The translations under genes were made by a program, and so were the position numbers. Shown here piece after piece: positions 53,082-61,330 of a stretch of DNA of 64,000 nt. The notes beneath the pieces were generated by a model. It saw only the letters and a list, made by a program, of their open reading frames with translations. It was not told where the DNA came from and did no database searches. Every line of letters starts with the position of its first letter. The stretch's first letter is position 1. The stretch is from the NCBI GenBank assembly GCA_009838965.1, contig VXQP01000073.1:77155-141154 (forward strand). Reading direction: 5' to 3'. This DNA is from Chloroflexota bacterium (GTDB taxonomy: Bacteria > Chloroflexota > Dehalococcoidia > Lucifugimonadales > Australimonadaceae).

Positions 53082-53621
53082 CTACTGGCCCGACAGGAAC
53101 GTAACGAGGATCTCCAGCTCTTCGGTAGAGAGCTGGGTTGAGAAGTCCTGCGGCATCAGGCCGTCCTCGTAGCCTTCGACGAGTTCGGCGGACGGGTCGA
53201 GGATGGATGTGCGGATGTAGTCCGCGCCCTTCGCACCGATACCCGCGAGCGCCGGACCGTCGCTGCTGCCCTTGGACTGAGGGATGCTGTCCAACTCGTG
53301 GCAGGTGGCGCAGGCATACGTGATGAAGAGCACCCGGGCATCGTTCGCGCCGCCGCCTGACTGAGCGGGCGTGGGGGTCGGGGTCGGCAGGACCTCCACG
53401 TCGTCGGGCGGCTCGCAATCGGCTCCTGCTGCGCCGACGATCTGCCCTTCCTGGGCAAGATAGCACTCGGGTGTGGCAACCACGCCGGTCCCCCCGCATG
53501 CCGCAACAACGGCGAGTAGGCCCAGGGCTGTGAAGGTGAACAGTATGGGAAGTATTGGACGGCGGAGTCGCACGCGGCCTCTGATGTCGGAGGATGAAGG
53601 GGCAGTTGTGATTTCTATCAC
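53082..53621 (-). CDS. Membrane/lipid-anchored c-type cytochrome
   Basis: CxxCH (CATCHE), distal LMPQ Met ligand context, N-terminal hydrophobic segment ending VAAC. GTG start; alternative GTG at 53573. Confidence 0.8.
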   Translation of the reverse strand: MIEITTAPSSSDIRGRVRLRRPILPILFTFTALGLLAVVAACGGTGVVATPECYLAQEGQIVGAAGADCEPPDDVEVLPTPTPTPAQSGGGANDARVLFITYACATCHELDSIPQSKGSSDGPALAGIGAKGADYIRTSILDPSAELVEGYEDGLMPQDFSTQLSTEELEILVTFLSGQ

Positions 53622-53700
53622 GTTGTATCACCCGCCGTTTCGCTGTGTCAAGGAAGGACGCCGGGGGCAAGCCCCGGTTCACCACAGCGCCTGAACACGA

Positions 53701-53748
53701 AGAGAGGCGGGTCGGCGTTATCTCCCCAGATCGCCGGTCCGCCTCTCT
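53701..53748 (-). terminator. Long hairpin after the HTH gene (terminator candidate)
   Basis: AGAGAGGCGG (53701..53710) / CCGCCTCTCT (53739..53748), with additional inner pairing CGGCG/CGCCG. Confidence 0.45.
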
Positions 53749-53766
53749 TTGCGCCGGAGACGCTGC

Positions 53767-53991
53767 TCAGCTTGCCCGCTTGACCTCTAAGGTCTCCCCC
53801 GGAGCAAGTGCAACACGCCGGACGTTGATGCCGAGCTTGAGGAGCCAGTAGCCAAGCGTGGCCTTGGACACCTCCAACTCAGCCGCTGTGGCCGAGAGGC
53901 CGTTCTCATTGATCTTCTCGGGCAACAGACGTTCGAGCGGTTGATGGAACCGCTCCTCCACCTGCCGCATGAGCCGGGTCTTGCGCGCCAT
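53767..53991 (-). CDS. Small helix-turn-helix DNA-binding protein (74 aa)
   Basis: GLSATAAELEVSKATLGYWLLKLGI is a classical HTH. AT-richer divergent promoter region upstream. Confidence 0.65.
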   Translation of the reverse strand: MARKTRLMRQVEERFHQPLERLLPEKINENGLSATAAELEVSKATLGYWLLKLGINVRRVALAPGETLEVKRAS

Positions 53992-54208
53992 GTGCTTACC
54001 CTCCCCTTACGGAATGTTGAGACAGATTCTACACCTTCGGATGACACTCATGCCAATGTTTAGCATACGATTTTTCCGGACTTTATGTTATCCAAAGACT
54101 TATGCAAAGTATAAGAAACGTCCAGAACACACTCCTGCCCGCTCCCGCTTCGGGTAGAATACGACCTCGCCAGCCCGCGCTGACGCCCAGATCCTGAGGT
54201 TCTTCCCC

Positions 54209-54676
54209 TTGCCCGACGAGCTGATCGTCCTCCTGACCGCGATGACGCCCATCGGCGAACTGCGTGCCTCGATACCCCTGGCCATCACCTCCATGGACAT
54301 GCCCTGGCCGCAAGCGCTTGGCCTGTCGATCGCCGGGAACATCATCCCGGTGCCGTTCATCCTTTACGCGCTGCGCACCGTCGGCGCACGAGTGGAAGCG
54401 CAGCAGAACATCGTCGGCCGCCTCCTGCGCTGGCGCACCTCCCGTACCCAGCAGTCCTGGGGCCCGCGGGTGCGGCGCTATGGCTTCTTCGGCATCGTCC
54501 TGGCTGTTGCCATCCCACTGCCGCTCACCGGCGCATGGACCGGCGCGCTCATCGTCTGGACCCTGCACGAGCCGGTGCGACGCGGGCTGCCTGCCATCGC
54601 GGCCGGGGTCGTGATAGCAGGCGTCATCGTAACGAGCTTGACCCTCGCCGGTATTGAGATCGTCCGCCTGACGTAG
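54209..54676 (+). CDS. Small multidrug export-like membrane protein (COG2426 / Sm_multidrug_ex type)
   Basis: TPIGELRASIPLAI, AGNIIPVPFI, PLPLTGAWTGAL. TTG start. Confidence 0.7.
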   Translation: MPDELIVLLTAMTPIGELRASIPLAITSMDMPWPQALGLSIAGNIIPVPFILYALRTVGARVEAQQNIVGRLLRWRTSRTQQSWGPRVRRYGFFGIVLAVAIPLPLTGAWTGALIVWTLHEPVRRGLPAIAAGVVIAGVIVTSLTLAGIEIVRLT

Positions 54677-54802
54677 GCGTGCTGCCACCAGCCTCTTGAC
54701 AGATACGTCCTCTGCCACTGCCCTACCCTACCGCTCAAGGCGACACTGCCCGAAGCCGTATTACAATCGAACTGACGGCGACAGGCCGCACGGAAGAGAA
54801 CG

Positions 54803-55312
54803 TTGAATCCCTGGGCCAAAACGAAGCGCAATCACGGGTTGGAGCACGCGACCATCGCGCTCCTGCTCTTGCCGTCAGTCAGCGGCAGGCCGGTGGCGGG
54901 CTATTCGATACCGACCGGGTTCCTCGTGCTCGGCGACATCCCCACGCAACAGGTCGAGGAGTCGGCGAAAGAGGCGCTTCGGCGGATGCAGGCAGGAGAA
55001 GCCAATCTGGCTGTATCCCCGTTCTGCGGGACCAACATCGTAGTGGGCGCAGCGCTCGCGACGATGGCGTCGCTGGGAGGCTATCGCATGGCCGGAGGCG
55101 GCAGCCGGGGACTGAGCCGCGCCTTCTCCAACACCATGTTCGCGATCGTGGCGTCACGTCCTCTCGGCCGGCTCGTCCAGGAGCGCTGTACGACGTCCGC
55201 CGACGTCGGTTCGATGTCGATCCGCAGCGTCACGCGTCACCGCCTCGGGCCCGTTACGATGCACTGGATCGCGACGCGGTTCGGAGCAGCTGAAGCGGCC
55301 TCTGTCCTCTAG
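54803..55312 (+). CDS. Conserved-looking hypothetical protein (169 aa) with an NHGLEHAT motif
   Basis: KRNHGLEHATIALL...SPFCGTNIV. TTG start with a GGAAGAG RBS. 4-nt convergent overlap with the crotonase gene. Confidence 0.5.
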   Translation: MNPWAKTKRNHGLEHATIALLLLPSVSGRPVAGYSIPTGFLVLGDIPTQQVEESAKEALRRMQAGEANLAVSPFCGTNIVVGAALATMASLGGYRMAGGGSRGLSRAFSNTMFAIVASRPLGRLVQERCTTSADVGSMSIRSVTRHRLGPVTMHWIATRFGAAEAASVL

Positions 55313-56100
55313 CGGCCGACGAACACAGGGGGGCGCTTCTCGACGAACGCAGTGTGCCCTTCCCGCCGGTCCTCGGTGAGCGCGAGCATCGCCGAGCAAC
55401 GCTGCTCGTACTGGATGCCCGTGTCGAGGTCCACGTCCATCGCGACGTTGACGGCATTCTTGATGCTCGCGAGTGAGAGCGGCGGCAGCTCTAACAGACG
55501 CGCCGCCCAGGCTCGCGCGTCGGCCATCAGCCCACCAGGCGACGACACAGCGTTCACGAGTCCCCACTCGAGCGCGGTCTGCGCATCGATGAAACTGCCG
55601 AAAAGCATCATCTCCTTGGCGCGCGCGGGGCCGATGAGACGAGGCAGTCGTTGCGTGCCGCCGGCGCCCGGCAGGATGCCGAGCGTCAGCTCCGGGAGCG
55701 CCACTCGCGCTTCGGAGCTCGCGATCCGCAGATCGCACGCCATCGCCAGCTCGAGGCCCCCACCTGCCGCGACACCGTTGACCGCGGCGATGCTCACCTG
55801 GTTGAGGCGCTCCAACCGCCGGAACGTTGGAGAGATGACGGCGGAGGTGCGCGCCAGGGAGAGGTCGTCCAGGTTCTCGGCGCGCTCTTTGATGTCGGCC
55901 CCGGCACAGAACGCACGGCCTGAGCCGGTCACGATGAGCACACGGACCTCGTCGTCAGTCTCGAGGCGTGTCACCAGGTCCTGCAACTCCTGGGTAACCT
56001 CGCGGCTGATGGCGTTCAGACGTTCCTGGCGGTTGAGTGTCAGCACGCCGAGCGGCCCTTCGGTCTCGAACTTGATCGTCTGGTACGTCATGGGATGCAC
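55309..56100 (-). CDS. Enoyl-CoA hydratase/isomerase (crotonase) family protein
   Basis: LNRQERLNA, FCAGADI, AAVNGVAAGGGLELAMACD. GTG start. Confidence 0.9.
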   Translation of the reverse strand: MHPMTYQTIKFETEGPLGVLTLNRQERLNAISREVTQELQDLVTRLETDDEVRVLIVTGSGRAFCAGADIKERAENLDDLSLARTSAVISPTFRRLERLNQVSIAAVNGVAAGGGLELAMACDLRIASSEARVALPELTLGILPGAGGTQRLPRLIGPARAKEMMLFGSFIDAQTALEWGLVNAVSSPGGLMADARAWAARLLELPPLSLASIKNAVNVAMDVDLDTGIQYEQRCSAMLALTEDRREGHTAFVEKRPPVFVGR

Positions 56101-56187
56101 CGCCTCCGTTCCCTTGATTCAAAAGTAACCGGGACGCACGGAGGGTTGATTGACCACCATGCGCCCCGGCACTATAGTCGAAGAGAG

Positions 56188-56264
56188 GCCCCAGTAGCTC
56201 AGTAGGATAGAGCGGCTGCCTTCTAAGCAGCGGGTCACGGGTTCGAATCCTGTCTGGGGCGCCA
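56188..56264 (+). tRNA. tRNA-Arg (anticodon TCT), CCA encoded
   Basis: Manual cloverleaf: acceptor GCCCCAG/CTGGGGC, D stem GCTC/GAGC, anticodon stem GCTGC/GCAGC with loop CTTCTAA, T arm ACGGG-TTCGAAT-CCTGT, discriminator G, CCA. Confidence 0.9.
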
Positions 56265-56276
56265 GTCCCCCCCTCC

Positions 56277-57026
56277 TCACACGTCCAGCTGCTCTCCCAG
56301 GTCGAAGTCCATGCCTTCGAAGAGCGGCATCGCGGGCTCACCCGAAGGTTCCCGGCGCATCTCCACTTGCATCGCGCGGAGGAGGCTGATGGCCACCTCG
56401 ATGTACTCGGCCGTCAGCGGGACCGAGAGCCTGCGTCCTGCAGCCGTTATGTGCAGCCCATCGGCAGCCGGTTCCTCGGCGGGCGCTTCAGGAGCAACAC
56501 TCGGGGATTCGGCAGCAATCCTCTGGCGTTTGCCAGAATGTTCTGCGATTCTCTCTGCCTTGGCCGGCCTGCCCAGCACTCGTATCGCATCGGTCAGGTG
56601 CTTCTGGATGAGCGGAGCGCGCTTGACGATCTCATCCCGAGGAGCGCGGGAGATCTCCTCCAACCCGACCAGGAGACTCATGTCGTCCGGCACCTCGCCC
56701 TCGAACCGCGTGTAGAGCTGGCTCAGCAGTTCGACGCGCTGGAACGCCTCGGCTGTCGCTTCCAGGCATTCCTCTGAGCTGGCCGGGTGCAGGACCCGCT
56801 GGGCCAGCTGAGAGATGCGAAGCTCGCCGCGGCCTTCCACGAGGCCGAAGTCACGCAGCGCCGCGACCTTCGCGAACAGGGTGCCGCTCCCCTCGGCCAT
56901 CCCCAGTTCCCACGCAAGGCCCTTCACGCTCACTGTCCCCTTGAACTTGTTCAGGATGCGGTTCGCTATCTCTACCGCATCACCGAACCTGATGTCCGGG
57001 TAGCTGTACTGGCCCAGTCTCGCCAT
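56277..57026 (-). CDS. Hypothetical protein (249 aa), possible N-terminal winged-helix-like domain
   Basis: FAKVAALRDFGLVEGRGELRISQLAQRVL region, an Ala/Pro/Glu-rich linker and an acidic C-terminus. Coding-like bias. Confidence 0.5.
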   Translation of the reverse strand: MARLGQYSYPDIRFGDAVEIANRILNKFKGTVSVKGLAWELGMAEGSGTLFAKVAALRDFGLVEGRGELRISQLAQRVLHPASSEECLEATAEAFQRVELLSQLYTRFEGEVPDDMSLLVGLEEISRAPRDEIVKRAPLIQKHLTDAIRVLGRPAKAERIAEHSGKRQRIAAESPSVAPEAPAEEPAADGLHITAAGRRLSVPLTAEYIEVAISLLRAMQVEMRREPSGEPAMPLFEGMDFDLGEQLDV

Positions 57027-57456
57027 TTCCTCTCCCTCCGCTGCTGTTCATTCTGCCGCGACACAGAGTTGTTCTGTGCGCACGGAGGATTCTGCAGGAG
57101 TGAAACAGATAAAGCAACGGAGGAATGCTGCGGATTTCTCTGATTTTCTCTGCCTGTTTATCTGCAAACTGCTGTCCGCGCTCCTGCGAACTGCTGCCGA
57201 AGGCTCTGAATGTTCCTGTCCTCAGGCGTGGTGTGCGTGTCATCAGGGGCTTGCCTCTCCTGGCGAACAGGAGGCTGGGCGCAGCCACGAGTGAGCGCCC
57301 GGTGGGGGCACTCGACGCTCTAGATGACGACAGCCTCATCTACGCCCCGCAGAAGCGCTGTACGGCGCTCCACAGGCGTGCGGGGTTGTCCCTCGCTACC
57401 TTGAGATTTACGATTTGCCCCTGGAATCACTCGTAATGAGCGTCTTGGAGGAGTGC

Positions 57457-57909
57457 ATGGTCAAGGTTGGAGACATTGCCCCTGATTTCACTGCAGAGGA
57501 CGACACCGGTGTGGATTTCACGCTCGGTTCGCTGCGCGGCAGGAAGGTGGTCCTCTACTTCTACCCCAAGGACAACACCCCCGGATGCACGCAGGAAGCT
57601 TGCGACTTCCGCGATCACTCCCCTGCCCTCTCTGAGAAGGATTCCGTTGTCATCGGCGTTAGCACCGACAGCGTGAGGTCCCACCGGAACTTCAAGAGCA
57701 AGTACTCCCTGCCATTCACACTCGTCGCCGACCCGGGCAAGGAGATCGTCAACAAGTACGGGGTCTGGGTCGAGAAGAAGAACTACGGGCGTTCCTACAT
57801 GGGCGTGGCGCGTACGACGTTCGTCATAGACGAAGAAGGCGTCGTTGAGCGCGTCTTCGAGAACGTGAAGGTGAAGGGCCACGCCGGCGCAGTCCTTGAA
57901 TCGCTCTAG
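57457..57909 (+). CDS. bcp: Thioredoxin-dependent peroxiredoxin (Bcp)
   Basis: ORF trimmed to MVKVGDIAPDF (GGAGGAG RBS). Motif VVLYFYPKDNTPGCTQEAC. Confidence 0.9.
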   Translation: MVKVGDIAPDFTAEDDTGVDFTLGSLRGRKVVLYFYPKDNTPGCTQEACDFRDHSPALSEKDSVVIGVSTDSVRSHRNFKSKYSLPFTLVADPGKEIVNKYGVWVEKKNYGRSYMGVARTTFVIDEEGVVERVFENVKVKGHAGAVLESL

Positions 57910-58753
57910 CGCAGCCCTCACTGTTTACGCGCTCAGCCCACGGCGCATTCCCACGACGCTCGGGCTGATCGGTTCAGCGACTACCCTGCTCCTCGTGCTG
58001 CTTTCCGCTGCCTGCGCACCCAGCCAGGGTGAAAGCCAACCTGCCCTGCTGGTGGGTGTCGCCGCGAGCATCCAGCCGGTAGCCGAAGAGTTTGCGGCGC
58101 GGTTCGAGTCCGAGCACGGGACCTCCGTTACGCTCGTCACCGGCGCATCCGGCACACTCGCTGAACAGCTGCGCCAGGGCGCGCCGCTTGACCTCATCGT
58201 CTCAGCGGACAGCCGGTACACCTCTGCCCTGACAGACGATGGGCTGCTCGACCCTGCGAGCACCACTGTGCTCTCGACAGGCGAACTGGTCGCGATTACG
58301 AACCTCGACTACCACGCGGACGATGTTGCCTCGCTCCTCCGCAGCGGCGCAGTGCGACAGATAGCCCTTGCGAATCCCGATATCGCGCCGTACGGGGAAG
58401 CGGCGAAGCGCTATCTCCGGGATACGGACCTCTGGGAGGAGTCAGCCGAACGGATCGTCTACGGAGAGAACGTCGCGCACGCGTTCCAGTTCGTGACGAG
58501 CGGCAACGCGGAGGTCGGTTTCGTTCCCCGTTCGCTGCTCATCGCCTCGGACGCTCGAGGCATCCGTGCGCTGACCCCGCTGCCGCCGGAAGCGAGCGCA
58601 GGTCTTCAGGTCACCGCAGGCGTGAGCAGCGGATCGAGTGCGGCAGAAACAGCAAAGCGCTTCATCGCGTCGATGCTCGGCGCACAGGCCATCGAAACGT
58701 GGGAGCGGTTCGGCTACGCACCGCAGCTTGATAAGGTTGATGGCGGGGAGTGA
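57896..58753 (+). CDS. modA: Molybdate ABC transporter substrate-binding lipoprotein
   Basis: Signal/lipobox LLSAAC, LLVGVAASI, VTGASGTLAEQL, IALANPDIAPYG. The TTG start is uncertain. Confidence 0.82.
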   Translation: MNRSSAALTVYALSPRRIPTTLGLIGSATTLLLVLLSAACAPSQGESQPALLVGVAASIQPVAEEFAARFESEHGTSVTLVTGASGTLAEQLRQGAPLDLIVSADSRYTSALTDDGLLDPASTTVLSTGELVAITNLDYHADDVASLLRSGAVRQIALANPDIAPYGEAAKRYLRDTDLWEESAERIVYGENVAHAFQFVTSGNAEVGFVPRSLLIASDARGIRALTPLPPEASAGLQVTAGVSSGSSAAETAKRFIASMLGAQAIETWERFGYAPQLDKVDGGE

Positions 58754-58756
58754 TCG

Positions 58757-59425
58757 ATGGACTGGGACGCCTTTAGACTGAGCCTGCAGACCGGAGTAGC
58801 CAGTACGGCGCTTGCATTCGTGGTCGGCATCCCTGTTGCATGGGGACTCTCACGTCTGCGCGGATGGGTGCACGACCTTCTTTCCACGGCAGTGCTCATA
58901 CCCATGGTGCTGCCTCCTACCGTCCTCGGCTACTACCTGCTGCTCGCCGTGGGGCGCAACTCACCCCTGGGTGAGGCACTCGACGCAGTGTTCGGGTTCA
59001 CGTTCGTCTTCCAGTGGAGCGGAGCTGCGCTCGCAGCCTTCTTCGTTTCTGCTCCCTTCCTCATCCGCACTGCACAGGCCGGGTTCGAGTCGGTGGACCA
59101 TACGCTGGAAGACGCAGCCCGGACCCTGGGGCAGACGGAGCGGACCATATTCACGCGCATAACGCTTCCCCTCGCCTGGCGCTCAGTGATGACCGGCGTC
59201 AGTCTCGCACTCGCTCGGGCGATGGGTGAGTTCGGCGCGACGCTCATGGTGGCCGGAAGCATCCCCGGGCGCACACGCACGATGCCCATAGCCATCTACG
59301 AAGCCGTTCTGACAGGCCGGACGAACGAGGCGCAGGTGCTCGCGCTCACGCTGACACTCGCCGCAAGCGGCCTGTTGGTCGCTGTTGCGTTCGGCATGCG
59401 CAGGCGGAGTGCGCGCTGGCGCTAG
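58757..59425 (+). CDS. modB: Molybdate ABC transporter permease
   Basis: LPPTVLGYYLL, EDAARTLG...RITLPLA EAA-loop region, FGATLMVAGSIPGRTRT. Confidence 0.88.
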   Translation: MDWDAFRLSLQTGVASTALAFVVGIPVAWGLSRLRGWVHDLLSTAVLIPMVLPPTVLGYYLLLAVGRNSPLGEALDAVFGFTFVFQWSGAALAAFFVSAPFLIRTAQAGFESVDHTLEDAARTLGQTERTIFTRITLPLAWRSVMTGVSLALARAMGEFGATLMVAGSIPGRTRTMPIAIYEAVLTGRTNEAQVLALTLTLAASGLLVAVAFGMRRRSARWR

Positions 59426-59517
59426 CACGCCCGCGCAGGGATAACAAAGCCTCCGTGCTCCACCAGACGTATCATATAGAGAGAGCCGGCTAGAACCACT
59501 GGAACTGGGAGAGAGCG

Positions 59518-60417
59518 ATGCGTGCCGCGGTACAGAACATCAGTTGGGGGACGGCAGGTCCCATCCTTGCACTCGTGGGGTCGCTCGCGGTCGCGATCGT
59601 CGGTGCATTCATCACCGGAAGCGAGTTCGGCACGGTGACACAGGGCGTGGAGTCCGTATCGGCTCAGTCCGGCAACTTCCTGGGCGACCTCGGTGATCTG
59701 TTCCCCTTCGGGTTCGCATTCAGCGCGGGGATGGTCTCTTCCGTTAACCCATGCGGCTTTGCCATGCTCCCCGCCTACCTCGGGCTCTATCTGAGTGAGA
59801 GCGAAGGTGGAGAGGCCGCTGTCGGCGGTGTTGTCTCGAGGCTGCGCCGGGCCCTGCTCGTCGGCGCCACCGTATCAGTGGGCTTCGTCGTCCTCTTCGC
59901 AGCCGTCGGCACGCCCATCGGGCTCGGAGCGCGCGGGATAGCGGACGCCTTCCCATGGATCGGCCTCATCATCGGCGTGTTGCTCGTTGTGGCTGGAGCG
60001 TACCTGCTCTCCGGCGGCAAGCTCTACAACAACTTCGCGGCCAGCATCTCCGCGCGGTTCGGCAACGCGAACAGCAAGAGCGTGCGGAGCTACTTCACCT
60101 TCGGCCTCGCCTATGGGACTGCCTCGCTCAGCTGCACGCTGCCCATCTTCCTCGCTGTCATCGGCGGCACCTTCACCGCGGAGACCTTCCTGGACTCCGT
60201 GCTGCAATTCGTCTTGTACGGCCTTGGTATGGGCTCCGTGATACTGGCGCTGACCATCGGCATGGCCCTCTTCAAAGGCGCTATCGCTACCGGCCTCCGC
60301 AGGGCGCTCCCGCACGTCGGCACGATAAGCGCCGTGATGCTGCTCATCGCCGGGACGTTCATCGTCTATTACTGGCTGACCATCGGCGAACTGCTGGAGC
60401 GCATCCGGGGCGCTTAG
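59518..60417 (+). CDS. ccdA: Cytochrome c biogenesis thiol-disulfide transporter (CcdA/DsbD transmembrane domain family)
   Basis: SSVNPCGFAMLPAYL and GTASLSCTLPIF (the two conserved Cys motifs). Polytopic. Confidence 0.8.
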   Translation: MRAAVQNISWGTAGPILALVGSLAVAIVGAFITGSEFGTVTQGVESVSAQSGNFLGDLGDLFPFGFAFSAGMVSSVNPCGFAMLPAYLGLYLSESEGGEAAVGGVVSRLRRALLVGATVSVGFVVLFAAVGTPIGLGARGIADAFPWIGLIIGVLLVVAGAYLLSGGKLYNNFAASISARFGNANSKSVRSYFTFGLAYGTASLSCTLPIFLAVIGGTFTAETFLDSVLQFVLYGLGMGSVILALTIGMALFKGAIATGLRRALPHVGTISAVMLLIAGTFIVYYWLTIGELLERIRGA

Positions 60418-60443
60418 CCCGCGCTACTGCCACATGCCCTGCT

Positions 60444-60478
60444 TCAGGCAAGGTACCACGCGATGGAGCCTTGCCTGA
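60444..60478 (+). terminator. Perfect 10-bp inverted repeat after ccdA (hairpin; no T tract)
   Basis: TCAGGCAAGG (60444..60453) / CCTTGCCTGA (60469..60478). Confidence 0.35.
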
Positions 60479-60507
60479 CTGGAAAGACCCCCGTAGTCGG
60501 CAGCTTT

Positions 60508-60590
60508 GTTAAACTTACAGTGTGCGTACGCGGCCCTATAACGCCCCGTTAAGCGTTCGCTTGCACAATGGCCATACAATTTCCGTAAAC
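60508..60590 (+). promoter_or_regulatory. Candidate Pho-box region upstream of the response regulator
   Basis: GTTAA at 60508 and 60548. ACAAT at 60565 and 60576 (11-nt period). CGTAAAC at 60584. Confidence 0.35.
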
Positions 60591-60629
60591 CCACAAGGCC
60601 TGCGAGCCTTTGGAACGGAGCAGACTCGC

Positions 60630-61319
60630 ATGACGAACCGCTCTGTGTTGGTGGTGGAAGACGAGGAGAACCTCGTAGAGGCACTCCGTTACAACCTGGA
60701 GCACGAGGGCTACACCGTGCTGACGGCGCCAGACGGAGGAAGCGGGCTCGAAACCGCGCGCGCCGCCCTTCCCGACCTCGTCATCCTCGACGTGATGCTC
60801 CCCAATCTCGATGGCCTGGAAGTGTGCCGCATCCTTCGCCGCGAGACCGACGTGCCCATCCTGATGCTGACCGCGAAGGGCGAAGAGATCGACCGCGTCG
60901 TCGGATTGGAGATCGGGGCGGACGATTACGTCACCAAGCCGTTCAGCATGCGCGAGCTGATGGCCCGTGTCCGTGCGATGCTCCGGCGTCCGCGCAAAAC
61001 TGCATCCGCCCGGATGGCTGAACCCCTGCGCTCAGGCTCGCTTGCCGTGGACGTGGACGCGCACCAGGCCTCGCTCAACGGTGAGGAGTTGCGGCTCAAG
61101 CCCAGGGAGTTCGACCTGCTCGCGCTCTTCATGCGGAACCCCGGCCGCGCTTTCACTCGGGACCAGATCCTCGAACAGCTGTGGGGGCACGACTACATCG
61201 GCGACGTCCGTACGGTGGACGTGCACGTGCGGTGGCTCCGTGAAAAGATAGAGGTAGACTCTTCGACCCCTGCACGCATCATCACGATCCGGGGGGTCGG
61301 CTACCGCTTCGAAGGTTGA
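60630..61319 (+). CDS. OmpR/PhoB-family response regulator (PhoP/PhoB-like)
   Basis: ORF trimmed to MTNRSVLVVEDEENL (ATG 60630). Motifs DLVILDVMLP, LTAKG, winged-helix RGVGYRF. Confidence 0.9.
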   Translation: MTNRSVLVVEDEENLVEALRYNLEHEGYTVLTAPDGGSGLETARAALPDLVILDVMLPNLDGLEVCRILRRETDVPILMLTAKGEEIDRVVGLEIGADDYVTKPFSMRELMARVRAMLRRPRKTASARMAEPLRSGSLAVDVDAHQASLNGEELRLKPREFDLLALFMRNPGRAFTRDQILEQLWGHDYIGDVRTVDVHVRWLREKIEVDSSTPARIITIRGVGYRFEG

Positions 61320-61330
61320 GGTGAGCCTGC

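Noticed and set aside
54088-54096. A DnaA-box-like TTATCCAAA in the AT-rich gap near dnaN, raising the possibility of an oriC.
   Set aside because: It is a single 8-of-9 match with no cluster of boxes, no adjacent dnaA and no recognisable AT-rich 13-mer array. That is insufficient for an origin call.
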